Assembly (NCBI GenBank): GCA_050293845.1
Contig: JBNKNM010000096.1
Location: forward strand, 1-19,703
Direction of reading: 5' to 3'
Origin: Pseudobacteriovorax sp.
GTDB taxonomy: Bacteria; Bdellovibrionota_B; Oligoflexia; Oligoflexales; Oligoflexaceae
DNA: 19,703 nucleotides
Shown here: positions 7,105-17,710 of the stretch, piece after piece
How positions within the stretch are numbered: the first letter of the stretch is position 1
Layout: every line of letters begins with the position of its first letter
Position numbers and translations under genes: made by a program
The notes under the pieces: model-generated
Seen by the model: the letters and a program-made list of their open reading frames with translations, nothing else
What the model was told of the DNA's origin: nothing
Database searches by the model: none

Positions 7105-7977
7105 TTATTGTGAAACGCGTACATAATCAACATACATGTAAAGAGGAAAGTCAGCCTTTTGGGGAGGAGTATTCCCTGTATAACTCCCTGCTAAGGCTAT
7201 GTTTATTATAATATGGAAAGGCCGATGTAGTTCTTCTTTGTTGCTTGCTTCGATGTTTAAGCTATGAACCTGCCTATCGTCAATGAACCAGCGAATGTGC
7301 TTTGGATCCCACTCAATGGCATAAATATGGAAATAAGATACATCGCCTGCTTCAGCAGCATTGGAATAGCTGGCAATAGTATCCCCTGACCAAGGCTCAA
7401 GGGTTGTCCTAGTATCCCAAAAGGCATTTTGTGTTGTCGTTGTATCATTATTTGCATGTTCCATAATGTCAATTTCTCCACAGGAAGACCAGTTAGTAGC
7501 CATCGTATCGTAATGTTCCATGGCAACATTATAGGAGCTGGTGTAGCTATCATCACAGGCATCTCCCAACATCCAGAATGCGGGCCAAGATCCCATCGCC
7601 TTAGGCATGGCGATGCGTGCTTCGATTCTTCCATAAGTCCAGGACTTTTTACCTTGCGTGGTGATGCGCGCTGATCTTTGATACCATGACCTTCCCGCAA
7701 TAATAGTGGGACTATCATAATAATCGGCGCGTATCACCAGGTTTCCATTTTGCAGATAGGCATTTTCGGGGCGGTACCATTCCCATTCCCCATTACCCCA
7801 ACCAATAAATTGCCCAATATTATAACCATTGCCCACATGGTAGTTCCAGTTCTCAGGATTTGGTTGGCCAAATCCATCAAAGTGATCTTCCCATACAACT
7901 TTCTTTGCTGATTGTGCTAAGATATATTCTGAATTCATAAAAATACTAAGCGCTAAAAGGATAAGACGCTTCCTCAT
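7105..7977 (-). CDS. Secreted GH16 beta-1,3-glucanase (laminarinase-like)
   Basis: WEDHFDG, GWGNGEWEWY, SARITTQGK, YGRIEAR, WPAFWMLG, catalytic EIDIME and YVDYVRV. GAGGGG RBS and a signal peptide favour ATG 7977 over 8109. Confidence 0.92.
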   Translation of the reverse strand: MRKRLILLALSIFMNSEYILAQSAKKVVWEDHFDGFGQPNPENWNYHVGNGYNIGQFIGWGNGEWEWYRPENAYLQNGNLVIRADYYDSPTIIAGRSWYQRSARITTQGKKSWTYGRIEARIAMPKAMGSWPAFWMLGDACDDSYTSSYNVAMEHYDTMATNWSSCGEIDIMEHANNDTTTTQNAFWDTRTTLEPWSGDTIASYSNAAEAGDVSYFHIYAIEWDPKHIRWFIDDRQVHSLNIEASNKEELHRPFHIIINIALAGSYTGNTPPQKADFPLYMYVDYVRVSQ

Positions 7978-8348
7978 AATGGTCCCCTCAATTCTAATAA
8001 ATTTAAATTTAGTAAAGGGAGTTATAAGGAAATTTGCAAGAGTGAAATCCTCATCATGATAGTAAGTATTTTTATATAATTGCTTTTCGGCAAAAACGTA
8101 AGAATCCATGAACTAGTTCTAAGTATTCATTTAGAGCCTTAAATGCGAGAATGAACCATTGGGCAATTTCACTTTATTTGGGGTTTTCCGTTGCAAAAAT
8201 TTCAACACCTTTTTTAGCATGGAGTGGGTGTGTCCATGTCTTTTTGGATAGGTGAAATTTTCTATCGTGAGACCAAAAAAATTCCTCTGCTATTGGCCTT
8301 CATTTTGCTTAGTACTTATCTGTATTTTTGATGAAGGAGCAGAAAATT

Positions 8349-9725
8349 ATGAGTGATGATAAAGATATTTCTTATACAGTCCCTCACCGTCCCCCCACCT
8401 GGAGTGAATCAGGTCATCGACTATGGCTGTATCCTGAGCGAAGAGAAGGACGATACTCTAAGGTCAGACGGCGCTGGGCCATAGGACTATTACTTATTTA
8501 TTTTATCGTTCCTTTTATTGAGATTCAGGGGCACCCTTTACTGAGGTTTGATATCGAAGAGGGGATTATTTATGCTTTTACAGGAATATTTCGCTTTAAT
8601 GATGGCCCTTATTTCATCTTTATTCTGTTATCCCTCGCGATGCTGTTTTTCTTCACTACTACGGTAAAAGGACGCTTTTGGTGTGGATATACTTGTCCCC
8701 AGACAGTGTTTCTAGAGTGGATCATTAGGCCCATTGAAGAACTTATAGAGGGAAAAGCCTCAAAACGTCGCAAATCCGACAAAAAAAATCCCAAAAAGTA
8801 CTTAATGTTAGTTAAATACATAAAATTATTAATTTTTCTTGCAGTAGCTAGCATTATATCACACGCTTTCATGGCTTATTTTGTTGAGCCCTCTCACCTA
8901 TGGTGGTGGATCTTGGGGAAATCTTCTGATCATTGGACTCCTTTCATTATCGTTAATGGCATGACCGCGTTATTATTCTTTGATTTCGCCTGGTTTAGAG
9001 AGCAGTTCTGCTCCGTTCTTTGCCCCTATATGCGCTTTCAAACAGTACTTATGGACGAAGACACCCCTGTGATTGCTTACGATATAAAAAGGGGGGAACC
9101 TCGTGGTAAGGGAGGCGATTGCATCGACTGCGATCTATGCATTAAAGTTTGTCCTACCGGTATTGATATCCGCGACGGTCTACAGTTGGAATGCATCCAG
9201 TGCGGACGCTGTGCCGATGCTTGCGATACAATCATGGCAAAGCAAAGTACTCCCCAAGGTCTGGTACGAACAGCCACAATGAATCAAATCCATGGTCGCA
9301 CCACCAAAAAAACTCGCTATCGTCCTTATATCTATGGATCTGCTATGGTTGCAGTACTTAGCGCTCTCATCTTTACGTTTTCCCAGCGCGATGCGATATC
9401 TCTCACGTTTATTAGGCAGCCGGGACCCGCCTATAGTGAGTTCAATGATGGTCGTTACAGTAATTCTTTTCGTATGCGACTGGAGAACAATAAAAATGAA
9501 GTAGTTAAAGTCAATCTAGCTGTTAATAGTCCGTCTGGACTTGAAATTATCTGCCCGGGGTGCGAAACTCCTCTAGAGCCCTATGAGCAAAGGGTGTCGG
9601 TCATTGTTTTTGCTTTTAAAGGTCAAGCCTTGCAAGCCACCCATGTTGACTTTACTAATCAAGCAACAGGAAAAGCATATCGGCTCCCCTTGGTTTATCC
9701 GACAATGGAGGGGAAAGAACCATGA
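8349..9725 (+). CDS. ccoG: CcoG/RdxA/FixG-family membrane 4Fe-4S protein
   Basis: GRFWCGYTCPQTVF, FREQFCSVLCPY, RGEPRG, CIDCDLCIKVCPTGIDIRDGLQLECIQCGRCADAC, several TM segments and a C-terminal Ig-like region. AAGGAG RBS before ATG 8349. Confidence 0.92.
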   Translation: MSDDKDISYTVPHRPPTWSESGHRLWLYPERREGRYSKVRRRWAIGLLLIYFIVPFIEIQGHPLLRFDIEEGIIYAFTGIFRFNDGPYFIFILLSLAMLFFFTTTVKGRFWCGYTCPQTVFLEWIIRPIEELIEGKASKRRKSDKKNPKKYLMLVKYIKLLIFLAVASIISHAFMAYFVEPSHLWWWILGKSSDHWTPFIIVNGMTALLFFDFAWFREQFCSVLCPYMRFQTVLMDEDTPVIAYDIKRGEPRGKGGDCIDCDLCIKVCPTGIDIRDGLQLECIQCGRCADACDTIMAKQSTPQGLVRTATMNQIHGRTTKKTRYRPYIYGSAMVAVLSALIFTFSQRDAISLTFIRQPGPAYSEFNDGRYSNSFRMRLENNKNEVVKVNLAVNSPSGLEIICPGCETPLEPYEQRVSVIVFAFKGQALQATHVDFTNQATGKAYRLPLVYPTMEGKEP

Positions 9726-11547
9726 ATCTATTGACTTGGAAGCATCAAGGTAATTTCGTCATTCGACTTGCTGGGGACTCGGGAGATGGGATTCAACTTA
9801 TCGGCAAGCAGCTTGCCACACTTATGGCAAAACAAGGCTCATCAGTTTCAACCATAGCTGATTTTCCTGCCGAAATTAGAGCTCCTAAAGGTACCCTTGG
9901 TGGAGTCTCTGGATTCCAGCTATGTGTATCAGAAACCTCTGTTGTTTTAACATCTGGCGATCAAATCGATTTAATGGTTGCTCTTAATCCAGCATCCCTA
10001 CAAAAACCTCTGAAAAAGCTAAAACCATCTGCTTTAATTATCATTGATAGCGATACTTTCACGGACAAAAATTTTGCAAAGTCAAATTTCACACCTGAAA
10101 CTATTGATCAATGGCCTCACACTCAAATCATAAAACTACCGCTCACAAGCTTATGCCGTTCTGCATTAGAGGGTCTATCTCTTGCTAAAAAAGATATTGA
10201 TCGCAGCCGTAATACCTTTCTTCTCGGATTTCTGGTTTACATCTTAGCTCTCTCTAAAAATCATGCTTCACAATGGATTTCGAGTAAATTTCTTAATACT
10301 GATATCCGGTATCGTAATACATTGGCTTTTGAAGCTGGTTGGTCTTATGCTCAACATCATTATAACTTGGAAGAAACTCCCAACGACTTTCAGGAAATGT
10401 CGTTGGGAAAGACTGCAGTACGCTATGTCACAGGCAATCAAGCGACGGCTTTAGGGCTGTTGGCTGCTGGGGTGCGTTCGCAAAGAGGGCTGTTTTTTGC
10501 AAGTTATCCTATCACGCCAGCTTCCGATATTTATCATGAACTAGCAAAATTTCGCCACCTCCCCCTTGTGACCCATCAAGCTGAAGATGAGATTGCGGCC
10601 ATTGGCTCCGCTCTAGGAGCTTCCTATGGAGGTCGGTTGGGAGCTACAGCGAGTTCTGGCCCTGGTATGAGCTTAAAATCGGAATTTCTTGGGCTTGCTG
10701 TTATGGCTGAGTTACCTTTGGTTGTCGTCAACGTTCAACGCGCTGGTCCCTCCACAGGGATGCCCACAAAAACAGCTCAGGGAGACTTGATGCAAGCCCT
10801 GTTTGGCAGGCACGGAGATGCTCCCTTAGTTGTGGTGGCAGCTTCCTCTTCTCGGGATTGTTTCACCAAGGCATTTTGGGCTGCAAAGATAGCAATAAAA
10901 TATATGTCTCCCGTTATAGTACTATCCGACAGCTACCTCGCAAACAGCTCGGAGGTATGGGAAATTCCCGATATTGCTGCTCTCGACAGCATTCCTGTTT
11001 GCCAAGAACCAGACCTTTCACAGCCATACTCACGTAATGCTAAAACGGGTGCCAGGCCCTGGATTACCCCCGGTATTGCTGGTGGTGAGCATACTATTGG
11101 TGGCTTGGAAAAACAGCCACAAACGGGTCAGGTCAGTTACCTTTCAGATGACCACCAGCGGATGACCCAAGAGCGTCGTCAAAAAATTGCGAATGTCGCG
11201 CAGGAGTATCCTCCGACTCCCATTTTTGGATCTAATCGCGGCAAAATGTTGCTTATCACTTGGGGTAGCAATTTCGGAGTCGGTCGGGAGTCCGTTCAAG
11301 AATTACAAAGCAGTGGGCAATTTTTATCGCACATACACCTGGAATATATTTGTCCTTTGCCCCAAGACTTAAAAGATATCGTACAAAACTTCGAGCATAT
11401 ATTAGTGGCTGAAAGCAATGATGGCCAACTAGTCGACTGGCTCGCGATGAACATTGACAGGAGCTTTATTAGCATCATCCAAAATACAGGAATGCCATTT
11501 ACTACACGAGAGATGACAGCATTAATCCTTAGAAAAATGGAAGAGTT

Positions 11548-11551
<4 letters not shown>
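9722..11551 (+). CDS. korA: 2-oxoacid:ferredoxin oxidoreductase subunit alpha (fused gamma-alpha type)
   Basis: GDSGDGIQL, FPAEIRAPKGT, YPITPAS, QAEDEIAA, SSGPGMSLK and QRAGPSTGMPTK; ATGA overlap with ccoG. Confidence 0.92.
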
Positions 11552-12751
<1,200 letters not shown>

Positions 12752-12780
12752 TCATTTAGGCTGGAGAAATAAGATTAAGA

Positions 12781-12810
12781 ATATAATGTGGCTATCAAGC
12801 CACATTATAT
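12781..12810. terminator. Perfect 13-bp inverted repeat between convergent genes, likely a bidirectional terminator
   Basis: ATATAATGTGGCT-ATCA-AGCCACATTATAT. Confidence 0.75.
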
Positions 12811-12864
12811 AAGAATTTATGGGAAAGACCTTTTTGAGATTATTTCACATCTTCAAAAAGATTA

Positions 12865-13206
12865 TTATTTACGCAGTTTGACAAAATTGATTGCATTTTC
12901 TTGCTCTTGCAATAACTCTATCATGTCTTCATAATTGTTTCCAAGATGCCACCCATTGTTAACCATGCAATACTCGAATAAGTATGAATCAAACCTGTTT
13001 TCCAACTGCTTACCATTGAAAAATTTGTAATTTGCAAATTGAGAACATGCTGTATAATCGCTGCCGTATTTTAGGCGTTGCTGCTCATGGGAAAGTTCGT
13101 CGAATTCATCATTTAACGTCCAAGAAGTATCTTCTTTTTTAGTGGCACATCCCACTAAAGTCATGACAACCAAAACAACAGTATAAGTTTTCACTACAAG
13201 CTCCAT
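12865..13206 (-). CDS. Small hypothetical lipoprotein
   Basis: Hydrophobic N-terminus with lipobox LVGC; DYTAC...YCMVNNGW two-Cys motif. The start codon is uncertain. Confidence 0.7.
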   Translation of the reverse strand: MELVVKTYTVVLVVMTLVGCATKKEDTSWTLNDEFDELSHEQQRLKYGSDYTACSQFANYKFFNGKQLENRFDSYLFEYCMVNNGWHLGNNYEDMIELLQEQENAINFVKLRK

Positions 13207-13308
13207 TCACAACCAATGTCAACAATTTCAATCTAGCTGCTATGGAGAATGCAAACTGCTTACCAAGATAACTATCGAAAATCTCAACAACTATAATTTT
13301 CAAAGCCT

Positions 13309-13350
13309 TAACACCTGACTAAACTTTAATCATCGTCTAGTCAGGTGTTA
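13309..13350. terminator. Perfect 13-bp inverted repeat downstream of the NnrU-family gene
   Basis: TAACACCTGACTA (13309-13321) and TAGTCAGGTGTTA (13338-13350) with a 16-nt spacer. Confidence 0.5.
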
Positions 13351-13403
13351 CTGCTTGTTATCACTAGAAATTTTTTATAAATTCCCTAGCTTATGCTCTT
13401 ACT

Positions 13404-13952
13404 CTATAGGGGGCGGCCAAATAAAACGCCATGAAAATTCCAGATTAGGATATAGCTTGAAACACTGATCACTATAAGTATAACTGAGCCCCAAAAGGAG
13501 GAGGATTTATGGGGTCGATTTTTTGCTGTCTTCCAAAAAGAATGCAGTAAAAAGGATAGGCTCGATAAAAAGAAGGAGCCAAATAATAAAAGTGATCCTA
13601 AGTCTCCATTTATCAAAAGATGGGAACCACCCCATAACATGACCCCTAGCATCATAGGGTCTTTTAAATGGCTACGTACGTGATTCGGGAAGTAGGGAGC
13701 AAAGAGCAGGATGCTTGCCGGTAACATCAGCAATTTGGGGGTAACTCTGAGCCATAACGGGGGTGAAAAAATGCTGATTTGTGGAAAAATAGACTTACCA
13801 TAGATAATCAGTCCGAAGCCTATTAAAGCAACCAGCGAGAACCCCAATTTGTAGAGGTTTTCTCCCCACTGTTGCATCATGACTGCCTTGACAGGGGTGG
13901 AAGGGATGACATGAATACCTAAAAATAACAGCAATCCAGCAATAAGTAACAT
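13404..13952 (-). CDS. nnrU: NnrU-family membrane protein
   Basis: LIAGLLLFLGIH, YKLGFSLVALIG, DPMMLGVMLWGGSHLLINGD...LLFGSF and C-terminal FHGVLFG. Confidence 0.8.
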   Translation of the reverse strand: MLLIAGLLLFLGIHVIPSTPVKAVMMQQWGENLYKLGFSLVALIGFGLIIYGKSIFPQISIFSPPLWLRVTPKLLMLPASILLFAPYFPNHVRSHLKDPMMLGVMLWGGSHLLINGDLGSLLLFGSFFLSSLSFLLHSFWKTAKNRPHKSSSFWGSVILIVISVSSYILIWNFHGVLFGRPL

Positions 13953-13976
13953 CGATCACCTTCCTTGCAATATTGA

Positions 13977-15248
13977 TTAAATAACGCCATGGCACATCCC
14001 GCGTAGGCGCTCTAGGATTCTTTTACTATCAACACGCAGTCCGTCGTGCTGGTATTCGTTGGTGCACCAAACCTTAAGACTCGGTACTATGTGCTTCACC
14101 TGTAGAGAGAACTCTCGTTCTACAGCAATATCATCTTCGTAAATAGCAGCAGCACAGGGAATTTGGCACTGTTTAAGTTTATCGATATCATAAAGTGCTG
14201 GCCAGTCGTTCTTTTCTGCCAGTATATGAGCTACTTCTTTAAAGGGTGAAAGCTTTGCGTACTCTTCAAACATAAAAGGATAGATAACCTCACCCGTGAA
14301 ATAAAACGTTTCACTCTGGCAAGCGTCAAATTCGGGAAAATTTTGCCTCACCTTCCAGGCAGCCCACTGGCTCGCATTTTTCTGGCAATAGATGGATTCG
14401 TGGAGTATGGCATAAAGAGGATTATGCTCAAAGACAGAGGTCCCATTGTGCACCGCAAATAGAAACTTAAGGCTAGGCACCTGAAATCTTGCATCAGGAA
14501 AGGCCATTTCTAGTAAGTAATGCAGGGACTCCCATTGTGATCCTATTAAATGGCTACCCAATTGCTGGAACCTTGCCGGCGTTAACCTACTGCCATCAGG
14601 AAGCAAGACTCTATGATCTAAAAGAGATTTGACTATTTTTTTACATAATTCCTGATCCTGTGGAAACCTTTGAAAGTATTCTTTATTCTTCTGTAGAGTC
14701 CTCCTATGGGTCGCTTGGTAAACTTCTTGAGGTCCTTGTAAAATAGGTGGAACGCCTCCTGTAATCAGTGCTTCTTTGATACCTTCAGGATAAAAAGAAA
14801 GGTAGCTTAAGATGCAAAACCCTCCATAGGACTGACCCATAACACTCCACTGCTCAATGTTTAAAGAACTACGGATAAATTCAGCATCTGCTACAATTTG
14901 ATCAGCGCGAAAGAAGGCAAGGTACTCAGCTAGTTCCTGAGCTTTATGATCGGTATAAAGAGAAAGGTCAAAAGGTGTACTTAGGCCTGTTCCTCTTTGG
15001 TCGAGAAGCAGTACGCGATAGTCTTCTGCTAATAATTCGATGAAGCCAGCAGACTTGGGTCGATGAGATTCAAAACCAGGTCCTCCCTGAAAATAGACGA
15101 TCCAAGGAAGGTCACACCCCTTTTTTTTCAAGGAAACGACTTCTCTTGCAAAAACTTCAATTTTCGTGGAATTTTTTCTATGATGATCTAGGGGGACCTG
15201 AAATCGGTGATTCACGATCCGGTATCCTGGTATTTGATAATAGTTCAA
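13977..15248 (-). CDS. pip: Proline iminopeptidase (alpha/beta hydrolase, S33 family)
   Basis: FQVPLDH, FQGGPG, LLDQRGTGLS, FRADQIVADAE, nucleophile GQSYGG, YEDD and TNEYQHDGLR; GAGGAG RBS before a TTG start. Confidence 0.88.
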   Translation of the reverse strand: MNYYQIPGYRIVNHRFQVPLDHHRKNSTKIEVFAREVVSLKKKGCDLPWIVYFQGGPGFESHRPKSAGFIELLAEDYRVLLLDQRGTGLSTPFDLSLYTDHKAQELAEYLAFFRADQIVADAEFIRSSLNIEQWSVMGQSYGGFCILSYLSFYPEGIKEALITGGVPPILQGPQEVYQATHRRTLQKNKEYFQRFPQDQELCKKIVKSLLDHRVLLPDGSRLTPARFQQLGSHLIGSQWESLHYLLEMAFPDARFQVPSLKFLFAVHNGTSVFEHNPLYAILHESIYCQKNASQWAAWKVRQNFPEFDACQSETFYFTGEVIYPFMFEEYAKLSPFKEVAHILAEKNDWPALYDIDKLKQCQIPCAAAIYEDDIAVEREFSLQVKHIVPSLKVWCTNEYQHDGLRVDSKRILERLRGMCHGVI

Positions 15249-15646
15249 GTTTAACTCCTCATCTACTGGTTATCAATCGGGAGGGAGCCTATCACGACGG
15301 CTCCACTTTTTCCTGTAGCTTCTGATCCCCCCCCCATGGTTGAGCGTGATGCTGAGCTAATGGTTTTTAGGGCTAGAGATAAGCTAAATTGACTTGTTGA
15401 GCTGCCTTTCTACCGCCTGCAAAAGATAAAATAATAATATATTAACTGACTATGTTCTAGGATCTATACTACGCTGTCGTTACAGGGCATTTATTTGCTC
15501 CCCTACTGGCGAAAACTCTTATCAAAGGCGTTAGGAGACTAGTTTAGCCATACACAGTAAACTCGGCGCCACCTTTTGCGTTGAAACTTTAGCTTCAAAT
15601 TTCTCTGCTAAGTTCCTGTGCTTCTATTAATTACTGGCCGCGTTGT

Positions 15647-16612
15647 TCACGACATTGTTGCCGTAGCCTTCTGCGCTGCTACATATTCATCTGATAATTG
15701 TTGTACCCATTGCTGCACAGAAGCAATTTCTTTGATGGCCCCAATACCTTGGCCACAGCCCCAAATATCTTTCCAAGCCTTAAATTTTTTTTCTGCTGCT
15801 GTAAAATCCATCTGCGAAGGATCGCTAGCGGGAAGATGGTCGGGATCAAAACCGGCTTTCACAATTGAAGGGCGCAGGTAATTACCTGCGACTCCGGTAA
15901 AGAAGTTGGAGTATACAATATCCTCTGCTCCACACTCAACAATAGCAGTTTTATAATCTTGGTGAGCATTTGCTTCTTCTGTAGCGATAAAGGGGGAGCC
16001 TATATAGGCAAAATCGGCACCCATCACCTGTGCAGCTAAAATTCCACCACCAGTAGCAATAGAGCCTGCTAGGGCCAGAGGACCAGAGAACCATTCACGG
16101 ATTTCCTGCACAAGTGAGAATGGAGAGATCGTACCAGCATGGCCTCCGGCTCCTGCTGCAACTGCTATTAAACCATCCGCACCTTTATCAATGGCTTTTT
16201 TGGCAAAAGTATTATTAATAACGTCATGCAGCACCATCCCACCGTAAGAATGAACCGCTTCGTATACTTCTTTTCTAGCTCCTAAGGAAGTAATGACGAT
16301 GGGAACCTGGTGTTTTACAATAATCTCCATGTCCTGCTGCAATCGCTTATTTGAACGGTGGACAATCTGATTGACAGCAAATGGTGCTGACAACTGATCC
16401 GGATGCCCTTCGTCATAGATTTTGAGCTGTTCGGAAATCTCACTAAGCCATTCATCTAATAGTTCTGAAGGTCGAGCATTAAGAGCAGGAAAGGACCCCA
16501 CGATCCCAGACTTACATTGAGCAACTACCAGTTTCGGGGTGGAAATGATAAACAGGGGAGCTCCCATAACAGGTAGCCTTAAACGGCTTTTAATGCCTTC
16601 CAGATTATTCAT
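15647..16612 (-). CDS. Nitronate monooxygenase / 2-nitropropane dioxygenase-family flavoprotein
   Basis: GAPLFIIS, GSFPALNAR, AVNQIVHRSN, ITSLGA, AAGAGGHAG, GADFAYIGSPFIATEEA and WKDIWGCGQG. ATG 16612 has an AGAGG RBS. Confidence 0.9.
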   Translation of the reverse strand: MNNLEGIKSRLRLPVMGAPLFIISTPKLVVAQCKSGIVGSFPALNARPSELLDEWLSEISEQLKIYDEGHPDQLSAPFAVNQIVHRSNKRLQQDMEIIVKHQVPIVITSLGARKEVYEAVHSYGGMVLHDVINNTFAKKAIDKGADGLIAVAAGAGGHAGTISPFSLVQEIREWFSGPLALAGSIATGGGILAAQVMGADFAYIGSPFIATEEANAHQDYKTAIVECGAEDIVYSNFFTGVAGNYLRPSIVKAGFDPDHLPASDPSQMDFTAAEKKFKAWKDIWGCGQGIGAIKEIASVQQWVQQLSDEYVAAQKATATMS

Positions 16613-16741
16613 GGTCTCTATCCTCTTGCATCTAGAGTTATCCACGTCTGTGAAGACATTTCATGCCTTATACTCAATTTTCCATATCTGAGTTGCATCT
16701 TTCCTCCTTTGATCTTTACTACTACAAAGTATTTCCTATAG

Positions 16742-16778
16742 CATAAGAAAGCTACATTTTGTAGTTACGTTTCTTATG
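16742..16778. promoter_or_regulatory. Imperfect palindrome in a divergent promoter region
   Basis: CATAAGAAA (16742-16750) and TTTCTTATG (16770-16778) with an inner CTACA/TGTAG pair. Confidence 0.35.
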
Positions 16779-16810
16779 AGTCCTTAAGTTAGGAAAGGTC
16801 TACCTAAAGC

Positions 16811-17613
16811 TTGAATACTAAAATAAAAATTATCTTTCTTGATTTGGATGGTACAACCCTTGATACAAACCATCAGATAACTCAAATAACCCTTAAAGCC
16901 CTCGAAAGGGCGCACCATAAAAGCATTTATATAGTCTTTACAACGGGGCGTAGTTTTTTGGAAGTCGTACCTCTTTTGCAAGGTTTACACTTTCTGAAGC
17001 ATTTACCTATATCCTATAATAACGGAAGTCTGATTCGCATGGGGTCTAAAAGACTACAACAAATCCCCCTGGTGCCTGAGGATGTTAAGGCACTGTTACC
17101 CCTCGCTAGAGAGCTTAAGCTGCATATTCGCTGCCAGGCAGACGAAGACATATATATCGAGAAACAAGATGATTTTTTTACCTCATACTCCTCGCGGCAT
17201 GGCATGAATCCCATTTTAGTAGGTCAAATTGATTATGTTTTGGATCAACGAGCCCTCAAAGTGACTTTTGTTGGTAGTGCGGAAAGCTTGAAAACATTGC
17301 TTATTAATTTTCGCGTTGCCAGGGGGCAAAGTCGATTGGTGGTAAGCGGAGAGAGGGTAGCTGATATGACTCATATTAAGGCTTCGAAATTGACATCAGC
17401 ACAATGGATTTGCAGGTATTTTGGTATTGATCATCAGATCAGAATTAAGTCATGGCGATTGGGGACCAAATGAATGACCTTGACCTCCTAGAGTGGGCTG
17501 GATTAGGTATAGCCATGGGTAACGGTCGCCGCGAATTAAAACAAATTGCTGATGACATCACTTTGGCTAATTCTGAAGACGGTGTGGCTCATGCCCTAAA
17601 CAAGTACACTTGA
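16811..17613 (+). pseudogene. Cof-subfamily HAD hydrolase, frameshifted near 17438-17448
   Basis: FLDLDGT, TTGR, NNGS and ASK motifs lie in the first frame. Motif IV (VMAIGDQMNDLDLLEWAGLGIAMGN...NSEDGVAHALNKYT*) lies in another frame from 17449 to the stop at 17611-17613. Confidence 0.88.
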
Positions 17614-17663
17614 CAGCCTTCCCCCTGTAGTATTTCAAAGAATTCTAACAACGAAATTAAAAA

Positions 17664-17684
17664 GGAGGGAAATAGTTTCCCTCC
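17664..17684. terminator. Hairpin terminator between convergent genes
   Basis: GGAGGGAAA-TAG-TTTCCCTCC; the preceding A-run gives a U-tail on the - strand. Confidence 0.8.
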
Positions 17685-17710
17685 ATCTGATTTTTGATTA
17701 CCAACTATTG

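Noticed and set aside
7257..7718. 153-aa alternative-frame ORF within GH16, and the other short ORFs nested in the esterase, ccoG, korAB, NMO, HAD and lipoprotein genes
   Set aside because: They overlap well-supported genes and carry no motifs; treated as shadow ORFs.
8110..8348. FNR/FixK box upstream of ccoG
   Set aside because: No convincing TTGAT-N4-ATCAA found.
13404..16612. nnrU plus nitronate monooxygenase as a nitrogen-oxide pathway
   Set aside because: Both family names are poor predictors of function, the genes are separated by pip and a 400-nt gap, and no denitrification genes are present.
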